NCBI GenBank assembly: GCA_016201735.1
Contig: JACQCH010000038.1
Coordinates: 19,948 to 83,947 of the forward strand
Direction: 5' to 3'
Source: Candidatus Omnitrophota bacterium
GTDB lineage: Bacteria; Omnitrophota; Gorgyraeia; 1-14-0-20-64-10
Length of the DNA: 64,000 nucleotides
A program made the translations under genes and the position numbers. The stretch's first letter is position 1; every line of letters begins with the position of its first letter. Positions 27,345-37,025 of this stretch are shown in pieces. The notes beneath the pieces are model-generated. The model ran no database searches and was not told the DNA's origin. It saw only the letters and a list, made by a program, of their open reading frames with translations.

Positions 27345-27800
27345 GTGATTCGGCCTGCTCGAACGGGGGATTCCCCTGCAATCATGAAGTTGGTGACGGC
27401 GATTCTTGCGAAGGAATTTCCTGCGGATCAGGTTGCCTATGCGGCTGACGACCTAAGGAAGTTGGAGAAGACCTACCAAGGACCGGGCTGCACCTTCTTT
27501 GTGGCCGAGGAACAGCATGAGATTGTCGGTACCTGCGGCGTCAAGGCGGAAAATAAACAGACGGCCATCCTGCGGCGCTTGTTTGTGAATCCCCGTTATC
27601 GAGGTCGAGGCATTGGTGCCGGTCTTCTTGAAGAAGCGCTCGCCTTCTGCCGAACCGCGGGGTTCCGGGAAGTAGTCATACGCACCTCGAACCGGATGGA
27701 GCAGGCGATTCGGCTCTGCGGGCATGTCGGGTTTAAGGAAGATGGATCCTGGACTTTGGGACAGGTGACGCTCGTTCGATTTCGCTTGAGGTTAACATGA
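27345..27800 (+). CDS. GNAT family N-acetyltransferase
   Basis: RRLFVNPRYRGRGIGAGLLEEAL acetyl-CoA-binding motif. Confidence 0.8.
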   Translation: MIRPARTGDSPAIMKLVTAILAKEFPADQVAYAADDLRKLEKTYQGPGCTFFVAEEQHEIVGTCGVKAENKQTAILRRLFVNPRYRGRGIGAGLLEEALAFCRTAGFREVVIRTSNRMEQAIRLCGHVGFKEDGSWTLGQVTLVRFRLRLT

Positions 27801-28483
27801 CCCGCCACTCGAAAGATTCCCCTCCGGGAAATGTCCGAGCCCTGACAGAGAGAGAAATCCAGGAACGGTTGTACGGGGAATATCTGGGCCGTCGGAAAAC
27901 ATCGGAGCGACCGGTCCCCGACCCCCCGAACGACCTAACCAGCGGCTATTCCTCTTGGGATTCGGAGTGGACGGGAGCCGAGATTCTGACCTCGGAATTA
28001 AAGAAACTGAGGAACGATCTGATCGCCCTGCGGCAGGAGAGGGAACGGCTTGCCGGCCAGTTGGAACAGCACATTCACTCCTGCCAAACCGCTCCTGGAG
28101 GAGCAGAGACAGGGGTTCAGGTCAATCCTAAGAAATCGGCCTGGGGTCTCTTAAGAAAAGGGACGGTCGCTCTCATACTGGCGGCGTGCGTTGGGATGCC
28201 GGTGGGATTCCAGTTTCTCCATGCTTCTCCGACCGGCAGCGAGCCTTCCCCTTACACCATCCAGGTAGCCGTCTATGATGTTAAGGCGGCGGCGGATCGG
28301 GCTCTCGTCCGTTTGCAGGAACTGGGATATCCCGCTTTTTTCGTGGAATACCCTCGTTATAACGGAAAGCCTCGATACCGGATCTATGTGGGCCGCTTCA
28401 TTACAAAGGTGGAAGCCCAACTGGAGCAGGAACGTTTGATGATGGACCCCCGCTTCTCGGACGCCTTCGTCCGTCTCCAGTAA
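27797..28483 (+). CDS. SPOR domain protein with coiled-coil and TM
   Basis: C-terminal SPOR-like YTIQVAVY...YRIYVGRF. Confidence 0.65.
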   Translation: MTRHSKDSPPGNVRALTEREIQERLYGEYLGRRKTSERPVPDPPNDLTSGYSSWDSEWTGAEILTSELKKLRNDLIALRQERERLAGQLEQHIHSCQTAPGGAETGVQVNPKKSAWGLLRKGTVALILAACVGMPVGFQFLHASPTGSEPSPYTIQVAVYDVKAAADRALVRLQELGYPAFFVEYPRYNGKPRYRIYVGRFITKVEAQLEQERLMMDPRFSDAFVRLQ

Positions 28484-28489
28484 AGGCTG

Positions 28490-28912
28490 TTACCGAAGTT
28501 TCAGCGTTTTAATCTTCCCGTCCGTTTCCAAATCCACTTCGTTCGATGCCACGCGGACTACTTTAGCCCCCTGAATCGGCTGGCCTTCTGCGACGACCTG
28601 ACCGTTGATGAGGGCCAGAGGTTTCCCGTCACCTCCTCGGACAATCCCATTGAGACGCCACTGGCTCTCGGCGGCTCTGAGGAGGTTTAAGCCGATCGGT
28701 TGAAAGGCAGAGGGGGCAGCCGATGTCTGGGACGAGGCGGAAGCCGGCGGCAGGGCGGGAAACCGTATTAAGGAATGGGCCAACAGGATAAGGCCAAGCC
28801 CGAATAGGCCGGCCAACAGATAAGTCCAAACGGGCTTGGGGGGCCGGGGGGATGGGGAGGAGACAGGGAAGGAAATGTTCGCTTTCCGCAAGGCATCCGC
28901 GATTAAACTCAT
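28490..28912 (-). CDS. GspB/ExeB-like secretion accessory protein
   Basis: TM anchor plus C-terminal GspB_C-like region; downstream of ExeA-like ATPase. Confidence 0.5.
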   Translation of the reverse strand: MSLIADALRKANISFPVSSPSPRPPKPVWTYLLAGLFGLGLILLAHSLIRFPALPPASASSQTSAAPSAFQPIGLNLLRAAESQWRLNGIVRGGDGKPLALINGQVVAEGQPIQGAKVVRVASNEVDLETDGKIKTLKLR

Positions 28913-28925
28913 TTTCTCTCCCCAG

Positions 28926-29765
28926 CTAATTTAATGGTATTTCCTCACGCCTTCTTTTCTCATTCGTGAGAGTGGATAAGGCCTGCTCTACCATGGATTC
29001 ATCAATGGTCCGGGATTCCCGAACAAATCCAGCCAGCAGGGCTTGGTCGCAAATCCGATTAATCCGACGCGGAATGCCCTGGGAAATTTCTGCGATTTTA
29101 GCCATTGCGCCCGGGGTGAACAGAGGAATCCCTTTTTCTCCGGCGATCTGGATCCGGTGGTCGATGTAAGAGGCCACCTCTTCTTCAGCGAGGGGCTGGA
29201 TTTGATAGCGGACAGCGATTCGCTGGTGAAGGGCTCTTAATCTGGGGTCCTTATCCAGCCGCTCGGTCAATTCCGGCTGTCCGATCAGGACAATCTGGAG
29301 AAGTTTTCTCTTCGGGGTCTCGACGTTGGAGAGCAGCCGTACCTGTTCAAGGGTGGAACTGCTCAGGGCCTGGGCCTCATCAACAACCAGCACCGCTTCA
29401 CCTCCAGAGGCGGCCTGCTCCAGAAGGAAGATCTCGATGGCTTGAAGGAGCTGGGCTCGTGAGGAGCCGGATGGAGGAACCCCGAAATCCTTCAGCACCG
29501 CTCTTAAGAGCTGCGCGCTGCTTAAGGTCGGATGAAGGATGAGGGCGGTCTTGGCGGAGGAGGGAAGTTTCTCGATCAGTGTTTTGGCCAGTGTCGTTTT
29601 TCCGGTTCCCACCTCGCCGGTGATCATCAAGAAACCGAGCCTTTCTCGGATCCCGTACGTCAAGTGATTGAGCGCTTCCTGGTGCTGGCGGGAAAGATAG
29701 AGGAAGGTAGGGTCTGCAGTGACGTGGAATGGTTTTTCTCTGAATCGATAGAAGACTTTGTACAT
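28926..29765 (-). CDS. ExeA/GspA-like AAA ATPase
   Basis: Walker A GEVGTGKTTL, Walker B LVVDEAQ; internal ATG (MYKVFYRF) likely start. Confidence 0.75.
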   Translation of the reverse strand: MYKVFYRFREKPFHVTADPTFLYLSRQHQEALNHLTYGIRERLGFLMITGEVGTGKTTLAKTLIEKLPSSAKTALILHPTLSSAQLLRAVLKDFGVPPSGSSRAQLLQAIEIFLLEQAASGGEAVLVVDEAQALSSSTLEQVRLLSNVETPKRKLLQIVLIGQPELTERLDKDPRLRALHQRIAVRYQIQPLAEEEVASYIDHRIQIAGEKGIPLFTPGAMAKIAEISQGIPRRINRICDQALLAGFVRESRTIDESMVEQALSTLTNEKRRREEIPLN

Positions 29766-29867
29766 CCCCTCCCCCTTCGGAAAGCAGGGTACCATGATAG
29801 GGAAGATCTTGCAATTTGTTTAACTTTCTTCTATAAAGGGAGTATTCCCAAGGAGGACTTGTAATCC

Positions 29868-30230
29868 ATGTGGCAAGGAATGAATCAACGGCGTTTCCCC
29901 CGAACGAAATGTCAGTGCAAGGTCCGGATGAAGCAGCAGGGGCACACCTTCACAATCTCCACCGTTACGGAGAATGTCGGCCTCGGGGGTGTCTGTGTCT
30001 ACTTGGAGAAGGGACTGGATATCTTCTCTCCGGTTGATCTGGAGCTTATCCTGGGGGATGGAAAGCCTCCGGTCAAGATCCAAGGGACCATTGTTTGGGT
30101 GGTTCGACGGCGCGAGTTCAAGAAGGGGTACTGTTTTGACACGGGGGTGGAGTTTGCCGAGTTGTCGCCGGAGGACAAGGCTCGTCTTGATTCCGTCATC
30201 GATAAAGTCAGCCCCCCTTCGTTCCCTTGA
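29868..30230 (+). CDS. PilZ domain protein
   Basis: RRFPR...DLSxGG-like PilZ motifs (QRRFPRTKC...TENVGLGGVCV). Confidence 0.8.
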   Translation: MWQGMNQRRFPRTKCQCKVRMKQQGHTFTISTVTENVGLGGVCVYLEKGLDIFSPVDLELILGDGKPPVKIQGTIVWVVRRREFKKGYCFDTGVEFAELSPEDKARLDSVIDKVSPPSFP

Positions 30231-30420
30231 CCCCGCCCCTCCATGGGTTTCTCTGGGGCAAGGTGGGATGGAATACGTAGGCTTCAGAATGCCAGGTAGG
30301 ATATTATCCCGTGGGTTCATTTCCGATTTGCCCCAGAGAATAAAAGCTCATGGAGCTTTTCGGGCCGCCCCCGATGCTCCTCAACTAAGTTTAGGCGTCC
30401 CGACCCATGGAGGGGCGGGG
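30231..30420. repeat. TGA-flanked palindromic intercistronic element, copy 4 (19-bp TIR; TGA at 30228-30230 and 30421-30423)
   Basis: CCCCGCCCCTCCATGGGT...ACCCATGGAGGGGCGGGG; inner 13-bp stem TTCTCTGGGGCAA/TTGCCCCAGAGAA and hairpin AAAAGCTCatgGAGCTTTT. Confidence 0.75.
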
Positions 30421-30812
30421 TGACCGACACAAATATTGAGCCCGCTCTTCTGTATTCCGTCCTCTGCGATGACGTCCGTCGGGAAGACAACGGCAAGTTC
30501 ATCCTGCTGGGATTATTTGAGACGATCGGGGCCCGGGAATTTCCCGCCGCCCACCCGGCCCTGTTTATCGTGAACGGCTGGATTGGAGGAGTCGGATCCT
30601 TTCGCCAGTACAGCCGGATCTTGGATCCCGGCGGTCAGGAGATTGCCAGGGATCAGGAGACAACCTTCCAGCTCGCCACCCTCAAGGCCCGCCACTCCGT
30701 CATTGCCCGGTTCAACAATCTGGAGCTTCCCCAGCTGGGGGAGTATGCGGTTGAGGTCCTGTTAAACGGGGACTTAAAGGTTCGCTATCCGCTGGTGGTA
30801 GAGCAGGCCTAG
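30420..30812 (+). CDS. Hypothetical protein
   Basis: 130 aa; GTG start is the last G of the element TIR plus TG of the flanking TGA; SD GGAGG 30409-30413. Confidence 0.55.
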   Translation: MTDTNIEPALLYSVLCDDVRREDNGKFILLGLFETIGAREFPAAHPALFIVNGWIGGVGSFRQYSRILDPGGQEIARDQETTFQLATLKARHSVIARFNNLELPQLGEYAVEVLLNGDLKVRYPLVVEQA

Positions 30813-30853
30813 TACACCCGGCAGGGAATTCGCAGCGGGTGTACAGGCCCTTC

Positions 30854-31405
30854 TTACAGAGAGGGGGGGGCGGTAATGCTCAAGATCAGAGCAGGATGGG
30901 AGCCGATGTTCTTTAAGGAATGGGCCAGGGAGGCCTGAAGGTAGAGGCTGTCTCCCGTGTCCATGCGGATCTGCTCCTTGCCGGCTGTGACCTCCACCTT
31001 TCCTCTCAAGAGATAGAGGAATTTCTCGATTCCCGGGGAGGCCTGTGCTCGCTCGCTGCTCTTCCCAGCCTGCAGATGAAGGACGACCGGGAGCATCTTC
31101 TTTTGGAGCCCTTCCTTGGTGAGGATCGTGAAGCCGGCCCCGTTGCCGGAAGAGAAGCGGTTGGGGGGAATTCCCTTCCGGTGTTCGACCGGAGCGCCGA
31201 CAGGGTCCAGATCGGCATACAACTCTGACAGCCGAATTCCAAAGGCCCGGGCGATCTTGATGTGAGACTCCAGGGTCCCGGTCATCCTACCGGTCTCGAT
31301 ACGGCTCAGGCTTGAAAGGGCCATACTGGACTGCTTGGCCAGATTCGATAAGGTCCAGTGCTTGGCGAGCCGCAGGTCCCTCATCTTCTTTCCGACCGTC
31401 AACAT
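30854..31405 (-). CDS. XRE-family HTH transcriptional regulator with C-terminal cupin domain
   Basis: HTH LSNLAKQSSMALSSLSRIE; cupin-like C-terminus. Confidence 0.75.
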   Translation of the reverse strand: MLTVGKKMRDLRLAKHWTLSNLAKQSSMALSSLSRIETGRMTGTLESHIKIARAFGIRLSELYADLDPVGAPVEHRKGIPPNRFSSGNGAGFTILTKEGLQKKMLPVVLHLQAGKSSERAQASPGIEKFLYLLRGKVEVTAGKEQIRMDTGDSLYLQASLAHSLKNIGSHPALILSITAPPSL

Positions 31406-31526
31406 GGCTCCACGATACCATCCGCCGGCCGAGGACGTCAAGAGGCAACTGTTGCAGGGTCTGCAATCCTTTGGAGAAAATAATCATTGACAATAATGCA
31501 AAATAATATTATTTTCTATAATCATC

Positions 31527-33116
31527 ATGAAGATAAACCGAATTCCGATCTGGGTGATTCTCCTTGGGGCAGGGGGTTTCTTCTTCGGGTGGCTTTGGAT
31601 GCCCAGGGGTTTGGAGGGCAGCCGGCTCTCCGGGGACCTCTCTGAGTCGTCTCATCGGGCCGGCCTCCGGGGCCCCATCTTGGCCGTGGTTCCAACGGCC
31701 GATGTTCTGTACGTGGGAACCCGCCGCGGCCTGTACCGCTCCGCGGATCAGGGAGCCAACTGGAGCCGGATTTTTAATTCCAGCCCTTTCAACAGCCGGA
31801 TCTCCGATGTCGCATGGGATCCATCGAATCCCCGGTCTCTCATTGTTGCCGCCGGATCCGGTCTCTTCGCCTCATCGGATGGGGGCCGCCGGTGGCGCCG
31901 GCTTCTGCCTGCAAACGAGGCGGTTTCCTGCGTTGTCCAGGATATCCACCGCCCGAAACGAATTTTTGTCGGGACGAAGGAAGGGGTTCAGGTCAGCCAG
32001 GACTGGGGGGCCTCTTGGACTCGGCTGCGTGAGAGCTTTCCGGCCGGGCCGGTGCGAGCAATCGTGATGCATCCGACTTTGGCAGATCACTGCTATGTGT
32101 TAACGAGCGCCGGTCTATTCCGTTCGAACGACGGAGGAGTTACTTGGGAGCGGATCTGGGTCAAGGTACGAGGCGAGTCCGAGGAGGGCGGAGCGGAGGA
32201 GACCGAGGAATCGGAGGGAGAACCGGGTTCGGATTTTGGGGATCTGGTGATTGATCGGGTTGAAGGGGTCCTTTATTTAGGAACCGGCAGAGGAGTTTTC
32301 TTAAGTCGGGATGAGGGGGAGACCTGGAGCTCCCTCCCTACCGTCGGTTTTAGAACACCGAAGATTGTGCATCTCTTGCTCGGATCTTCCCGGCCCGGAT
32401 TTCTCTACGCCGTCACCCCGGATGGACTGTTTCGATTCCAAGAGGAAGGTGTTTGGGCACCCCTCCGGGAGGGGAGTCCGCCGGGAGGACAGATCCGGAC
32501 CGCCGCCCTCAGCCCGGAAGGGAGGCAGATCTGGGTGGGTACCGATTCCGGTCTTTTTCAGGTCCCCCTGTCTGAAGAACCTTCTCTCCAGTCTTTGGCG
32601 GCCGATCTTCACGCCCCCGCCTCTTACGAGCCATCGATCCAGGAAGTTCACCGGGCGGCCATACGGTATGCGGAGGTGATGCCAGGGAAGATTCATGGCT
32701 GGCGCAAAGGAGCCGTCTGGAGGAATTGGCTTCCGAAGTTTACGTTGAATCTTAATCGGAACAGGGACCGAACCATCGCCTCTTCTACATCGGCAGGCAA
32801 GACAACCTTCTCGGTTGGACCTGAAGACGAGTCGGTCAGTGTGGGGTTCGGCTTCACCTGGGATCTGGCCAACTTCATTTATAACCCCGACCAAACCAGC
32901 ATCGACGTCCGCTCCCGGCTCATGGTGCAGTTGAGGCAGGATATCTTGGAAGAGGTGACGCGTCTCTACTTCGAGCGGCAGCGCCTTCTCAATGAATTTC
33001 GGAACAACGGCACAGAGGATAATCTCCTTCGGTCTGAACGTTCCTTAAGGATCGAGGAACTGACCGCCCAGTTGGATGCTTTGACGGGATCCTGGTTTTC
33101 CGAGAATTGCAGGTAA
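31527..33116 (+). CDS. BNR/Asp-box repeat (beta-propeller, Ycf48-like) membrane-anchored protein
   Basis: N-terminal TM; at least five SxDxGxxW Asp-box repeats; C-terminal uncharacterised region. Confidence 0.65.
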   Translation: MKINRIPIWVILLGAGGFFFGWLWMPRGLEGSRLSGDLSESSHRAGLRGPILAVVPTADVLYVGTRRGLYRSADQGANWSRIFNSSPFNSRISDVAWDPSNPRSLIVAAGSGLFASSDGGRRWRRLLPANEAVSCVVQDIHRPKRIFVGTKEGVQVSQDWGASWTRLRESFPAGPVRAIVMHPTLADHCYVLTSAGLFRSNDGGVTWERIWVKVRGESEEGGAEETEESEGEPGSDFGDLVIDRVEGVLYLGTGRGVFLSRDEGETWSSLPTVGFRTPKIVHLLLGSSRPGFLYAVTPDGLFRFQEEGVWAPLREGSPPGGQIRTAALSPEGRQIWVGTDSGLFQVPLSEEPSLQSLAADLHAPASYEPSIQEVHRAAIRYAEVMPGKIHGWRKGAVWRNWLPKFTLNLNRNRDRTIASSTSAGKTTFSVGPEDESVSVGFGFTWDLANFIYNPDQTSIDVRSRLMVQLRQDILEEVTRLYFERQRLLNEFRNNGTEDNLLRSERSLRIEELTAQLDALTGSWFSENCR

Positions 33117-33128
33117 GGGATCTCCCAA

Positions 33129-34238
33129 GTGAAAAAGGGTTGCGAACAGAAGGGTAGCTACTACAGGGAAAAGAGCGATACAATGATAGAAAATGAAGGG
33201 TTATCTATGCCGAGTTTGAAAGAGAAACGACGGAAATCGCAGTCACGATATACAGGGAATCATCGCCCCACCTACGCTGTTGTCCGTGATGGAACTATTC
33301 TCGCATCGGCCCCATCAGCCACCCATTGCGATGCTGCAGCTAGCGGGCTGATCGACATTGGTTCTCAGAGAGTCTGCCAATGTGGTCCTACTCACATCAA
33401 TTGCCTCACCGCGAAGGAATGGATGAAGAACCAGCTCGGCGTGTGGCAGTTCTTCTACGAGAGAAGAGACATCCGGGACAAATCTCTTCATCCTGCAACG
33501 TATCCGATTGCGCTCGCCAAGAAATGCATCGAGTTGTTTACCCACAAAGGAGAACTTGCTCTGGATCCTTTCGTTGGATCAGGGACGACTCTGGTGGCGG
33601 CGGCGGATTGCGATCGCAATGCGGTGGGTTTCGATCTCCAAGAGGGATATGTTACCCTCTGCAAGAAGAGGCTCAGTCAGAACCAGTTATTTAACACTTC
33701 CAAGCAGGTTGCCGTTCGGGATGACGCTAGGAACATTTCCGATTATCTTAAACCGGAAACAGTCAGCCTTATCGTCACATCACCCCCGTATGCGAATCTG
33801 CTCAATCGAAAGCGCCTCAACAAGAGCCGCAGGGGCGACCAGCGCAAGAACGACCAGTACCTGAAAATCGAGCAGTACAGCCAAGATAAACGGGACCTCG
33901 GAACCCTGGCTGTCGAGGACTATGCTCGAGAAATGGCGGAGATTTATCGAAAGTTGCTCCCGCTGCTCAGACCAAAAGCCCACTGCGTCATTAACGTGCC
34001 CGACATGTGGTGGGAGAATAAGCGGATTACCATTCACGTGTTTCTTATCCAAGCGTTGCGGGAGGTCGGTTACGAGTTGCGCAACGTCATCATCTGGGAC
34101 CGGACGAACATTGTGAACCAGATCGGCATATTTGGCTGGCCGTCCAACTACATCACGATGGGTGTGACTTTTGAGTATCTCCTCGATTTCTGGCGGCCGC
34201 CTGCTGGAGCAAGCCCGAATGGGACCTCGGCGCATTGA
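33129..34238 (+). CDS. N4/N6 DNA methyltransferase (DPFVGSGTT and SPPY motifs)
   Basis: HPATYPIALAKKCIELFT...LDPFVGSGTT (motif I) followed ~70 aa later by IVTSPPYAN (motif IV); low-GC region. Confidence 0.8.
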   Translation: MKKGCEQKGSYYREKSDTMIENEGLSMPSLKEKRRKSQSRYTGNHRPTYAVVRDGTILASAPSATHCDAAASGLIDIGSQRVCQCGPTHINCLTAKEWMKNQLGVWQFFYERRDIRDKSLHPATYPIALAKKCIELFTHKGELALDPFVGSGTTLVAAADCDRNAVGFDLQEGYVTLCKKRLSQNQLFNTSKQVAVRDDARNISDYLKPETVSLIVTSPPYANLLNRKRLNKSRRGDQRKNDQYLKIEQYSQDKRDLGTLAVEDYAREMAEIYRKLLPLLRPKAHCVINVPDMWWENKRITIHVFLIQALREVGYELRNVIIWDRTNIVNQIGIFGWPSNYITMGVTFEYLLDFWRPPAGASPNGTSAH

Positions 34239-35005
34239 AGATTCTGACCAAAGATGCGCTTATAGAAAAGCTAAAAGAGATCCGATCCAGCGGATGGATC
34301 CCGAATGCTCGTCCTGGAAACTCGGGTGGGGTTGGAAATACCATTGAAGACCTGCTGGGAATTAAAGAAAACAACCTCCCGATTCCCAATGCTGCTGAAT
34401 GGGAACTGAAATGCCAGCGGGTAGGCACCTCGCTGACCACCCTATTTCACCTCGAACCCTCGCCGCGTGCCCTCAAGATTGTCGGTGAAATTCTTTTGCC
34501 AAAGTATGGGTGGAAGCATGCCTCTATCTCCAGCGAGATGAGTTTTCGCCAGACGATCAGCGGACATTCACGGAGTGATCGCGGCTTCATGGTCGTTGTC
34601 GACAGATCCGCAAAGAAAGTCCTTATCTCGTTCTCGGCGGGCGCTGTTGATAAAGAGCGGCATGCAAAGTGGCTGTCTTCAGTGCAGAAAAGGGGTGGGC
34701 TTGGTGAACTCAACCCGCAACCGTATTGGGGTTTCGACGACCTCGGTCACAAGGCGGGAACAAAACTACTGAATTGTTTCTATGTACAGGCACAGGTGAG
34801 GCGAGAGAAGGGGAAGGAATTTTTTATGTATGACAAGATCCTTATCCTTCAGAGGTTCAGCATTGAAAAGTTCCTGAAAGGAATTGGGGAAGGGTTTGTG
34901 TATGTGGATTTCGATGCCAGAACACACCATAACCACGGAACGAAATTTCGGCTTCGACAGGACAGCCTACCCGACCTCTATGAAACAGCTCAAACTGTGA
35001 CATGA
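34235..35005 (+). CDS. Putative type II restriction endonuclease (possibly MvaI/BcnI family)
   Basis: 256 aa, overlaps MTase stop; size and pairing with an SPPY-type MTase fit the monomeric MvaI/BcnI type; family assignment from memory only. Confidence 0.5.
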   Translation: MKILTKDALIEKLKEIRSSGWIPNARPGNSGGVGNTIEDLLGIKENNLPIPNAAEWELKCQRVGTSLTTLFHLEPSPRALKIVGEILLPKYGWKHASISSEMSFRQTISGHSRSDRGFMVVVDRSAKKVLISFSAGAVDKERHAKWLSSVQKRGGLGELNPQPYWGFDDLGHKAGTKLLNCFYVQAQVRREKGKEFFMYDKILILQRFSIEKFLKGIGEGFVYVDFDARTHHNHGTKFRLRQDSLPDLYETAQTVT

Positions 35006-35084
35006 TCGAAGCGGCCGCCTTCTCAAAAAGAATTGGGTCGGCCTACCTAATGGTGGGTACCAGAGGTGGCTTATTCCCGGAGGG

Positions 35085-35870
35085 GTGTTGCGGAAGATAA
35101 ACTGGAATAAATGGCAATTCTGGGCCGCTATTATAGTTGGGGTTCCGAGCCTCCTAATCACTCTTTGGAAGCTGGAGCAGCGAGATGCCAACAAAATTAT
35201 CGCCGACTCGATTAGCCATTCTGAAATAAACCAGATTAGCGGAAGCGGCCATACGATCATTCATGTTGAAAAGTGGGAGGGCAATCTCAGCATCAACGGA
35301 CCGAATCAGTTTTTGTCAGGTCTTGCGATAGCAGAAACCCCTCCTCCTCTTCTTCTTTTACCCAATGGTTTCGACATCGCATATACGGATACTGAGAACC
35401 CGCGCAACCCCCATGCCTTAATTAAGGTAACCGGCGTGAATCTTGGAAGCAGCGGTTGGATAAATGACATTCGTCTTAAATGGGACATACATGATGGCTA
35501 TGATCGCATAACGCCACCCGACGAGTGGCGCCTTTCTCAAGGCGAAAAACCTGTTTCGATACCTCCCGTTGAACCAGGACGTGGCTTCATTTACTTCTAC
35601 GGGCCGGAAATCGGCGGCAATACCCCCAAAGAGTATCCAGAGAATGAGAAGCACCTGGCTCTAAAAGTACACGCAACCTACAGGGTTCGGGATACGGGGA
35701 GAAAATTCGAGTCCTCCTGGGAAGGATATGTGTTTTTTGATAAGAAGCTCGGGCGTTACGCTTTTAAGACTGAGAAATCGAATCCTGGCGTTGACTATAG
35801 GCTGGCAGAATTGGTCTCGAACCAGATTGAACAACGATTCACCGTAGAACCAGGTACCGCAGGGGAATGA
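35085..35870 (+). CDS. Hypothetical membrane-anchored protein (low GC)
   Basis: N-terminal TM FWAAIIVGVPSLLITLW; no recognisable domain; third gene of the low-GC islet. Confidence 0.5.
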   Translation: MLRKINWNKWQFWAAIIVGVPSLLITLWKLEQRDANKIIADSISHSEINQISGSGHTIIHVEKWEGNLSINGPNQFLSGLAIAETPPPLLLLPNGFDIAYTDTENPRNPHALIKVTGVNLGSSGWINDIRLKWDIHDGYDRITPPDEWRLSQGEKPVSIPPVEPGRGFIYFYGPEIGGNTPKEYPENEKHLALKVHATYRVRDTGRKFESSWEGYVFFDKKLGRYAFKTEKSNPGVDYRLAELVSNQIEQRFTVEPGTAGE

Positions 35871-36131
35871 AGTCCCCCTATCCCCTGGATCAGAACCTGC
35901 TGACGAGAAAACATCAACTGAAAAACTGGTTGACACGATGCGGTCTCATCAGTATACTCCCGTACTGTCGTACCCTGATTTAACTTAGGTGAAAGTGGCT
36001 GTTTCGTTGCCATCATCCTTCGTAAGAAGGGGAAGGAGGCCATCCCATGAAAAGGATCGGCCGATTCAGAGGGTACGGCAAAGGATCTCGTAGGCCACGC
36101 TTAGCTACTCCCCGAGCGAGCCGGAATTTTG

Positions 36132-36168
36132 ACGTTTGCGGTCTTTCCGCAGACGTTTTTATTTTTAT
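36132..36168 (+). terminator. Putative Rho-independent terminator
   Basis: GACGTTTGCGG-tctttc-CCGCAGACG stem followed by TTTTTATTTTTAT. Confidence 0.4.
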
Positions 36169-36179
36169 GGGGCCTTTAA

Positions 36180-37025
36180 ATGGATAAGAAACGGGTTCTC
36201 GTGGTGGATGATGAACCGGAGGTCACCTTTGCCCTCCAGGCCTATTTCCTTGGGAAGGGATATGAGATGCTCACTGCCCTGGATGGAATCCAGGCGATGC
36301 GGTACCTGCGTCAGCACGTCATCGATTTGGTTCTTCTGGACATGAAGATGCCGGGCGTCAACGGGATCGAGGTGCTGAAATTCATTCATACCCAGACCCG
36401 TGAGACCAAGGTGATCGTGGTAACTGCCTACGATGTTCAATTTCAGGAGATGGTGGAACGGCTCGGGGTGGACGGTTTCCTGATCAAGCCGTTCGGCATC
36501 GAGGCGCTGACCTCCACCGTGGAACAAGTCCTCTCGGGGCAGAGGGGAAGAGTCCCCAGTGTTCCAGAAGAACCTCTGCCCGTTCCCGGGGCCCCAAATC
36601 CGAAGGCGCGGCTCCTTTTCGTTGAGCCGTCGGAATACACCTACAAATTGAAGGAGGTTTTCTTCTCCAGTCCCGAGAAATGCTTAGGGCTCTACGAGGT
36701 CGCCTCGGCCTACTCGGTGGAGGAGGCCCTTGAGCGGCTGAAAACATTTCAACCCGACATTCTTCTGGTGGAGCTCACGATGCTCGGCCCCTCAGCGGAT
36801 CTGCCGGTCAAGCTCATGGCATCGCCCGGCAGGCCGAAGGAGCTGATCATCCATGGGTCCGGGTCCGCCCTGCCTTTGAATCAGAATGCGAAGATGGAAG
36901 ACTTGAGCAGGCATGGAGTGAAGGTCGTATACAACGAGAGTTTCACCCGGTCGGGGCTCCTCCGTCTGTCGGAGGTGATTCGGAAGATAGCGATCTCCCA
37001 TGGACTTGTGGGAGCGGCGCGATGA
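36180..37025 (+). CDS. Response regulator with tandem receiver domains (second degenerate)
   Basis: VLVVDDEP...LLDMKMPGVNG...KVIVVTAY REC; second REC-like half lacks the phospho-Asp. Confidence 0.8.
   Translation: MDKKRVLVVDDEPEVTFALQAYFLGKGYEMLTALDGIQAMRYLRQHVIDLVLLDMKMPGVNGIEVLKFIHTQTRETKVIVVTAYDVQFQEMVERLGVDGFLIKPFGIEALTSTVEQVLSGQRGRVPSVPEEPLPVPGAPNPKARLLFVEPSEYTYKLKEVFFSSPEKCLGLYEVASAYSVEEALERLKTFQPDILLVELTMLGPSADLPVKLMASPGRPKELIIHGSGSALPLNQNAKMEDLSRHGVKVVYNESFTRSGLLRLSEVIRKIAISHGLVGAAR

Noticed and set aside
248-30423. The intercistronic palindromic elements as integron attC sites (gene cassettes)
   Set aside because: They lack the RYYYAAC / GTTRRRY core sites and there is no intI integrase. 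The flanking genes are core housekeeping genes, not cassettes.
33129-36180. The restriction-modification islet as an integrated prophage or ICE
   Set aside because: No integrase, recombinase, phage structural genes or flanking direct repeats were found; only compositional deviation supports acquisition.
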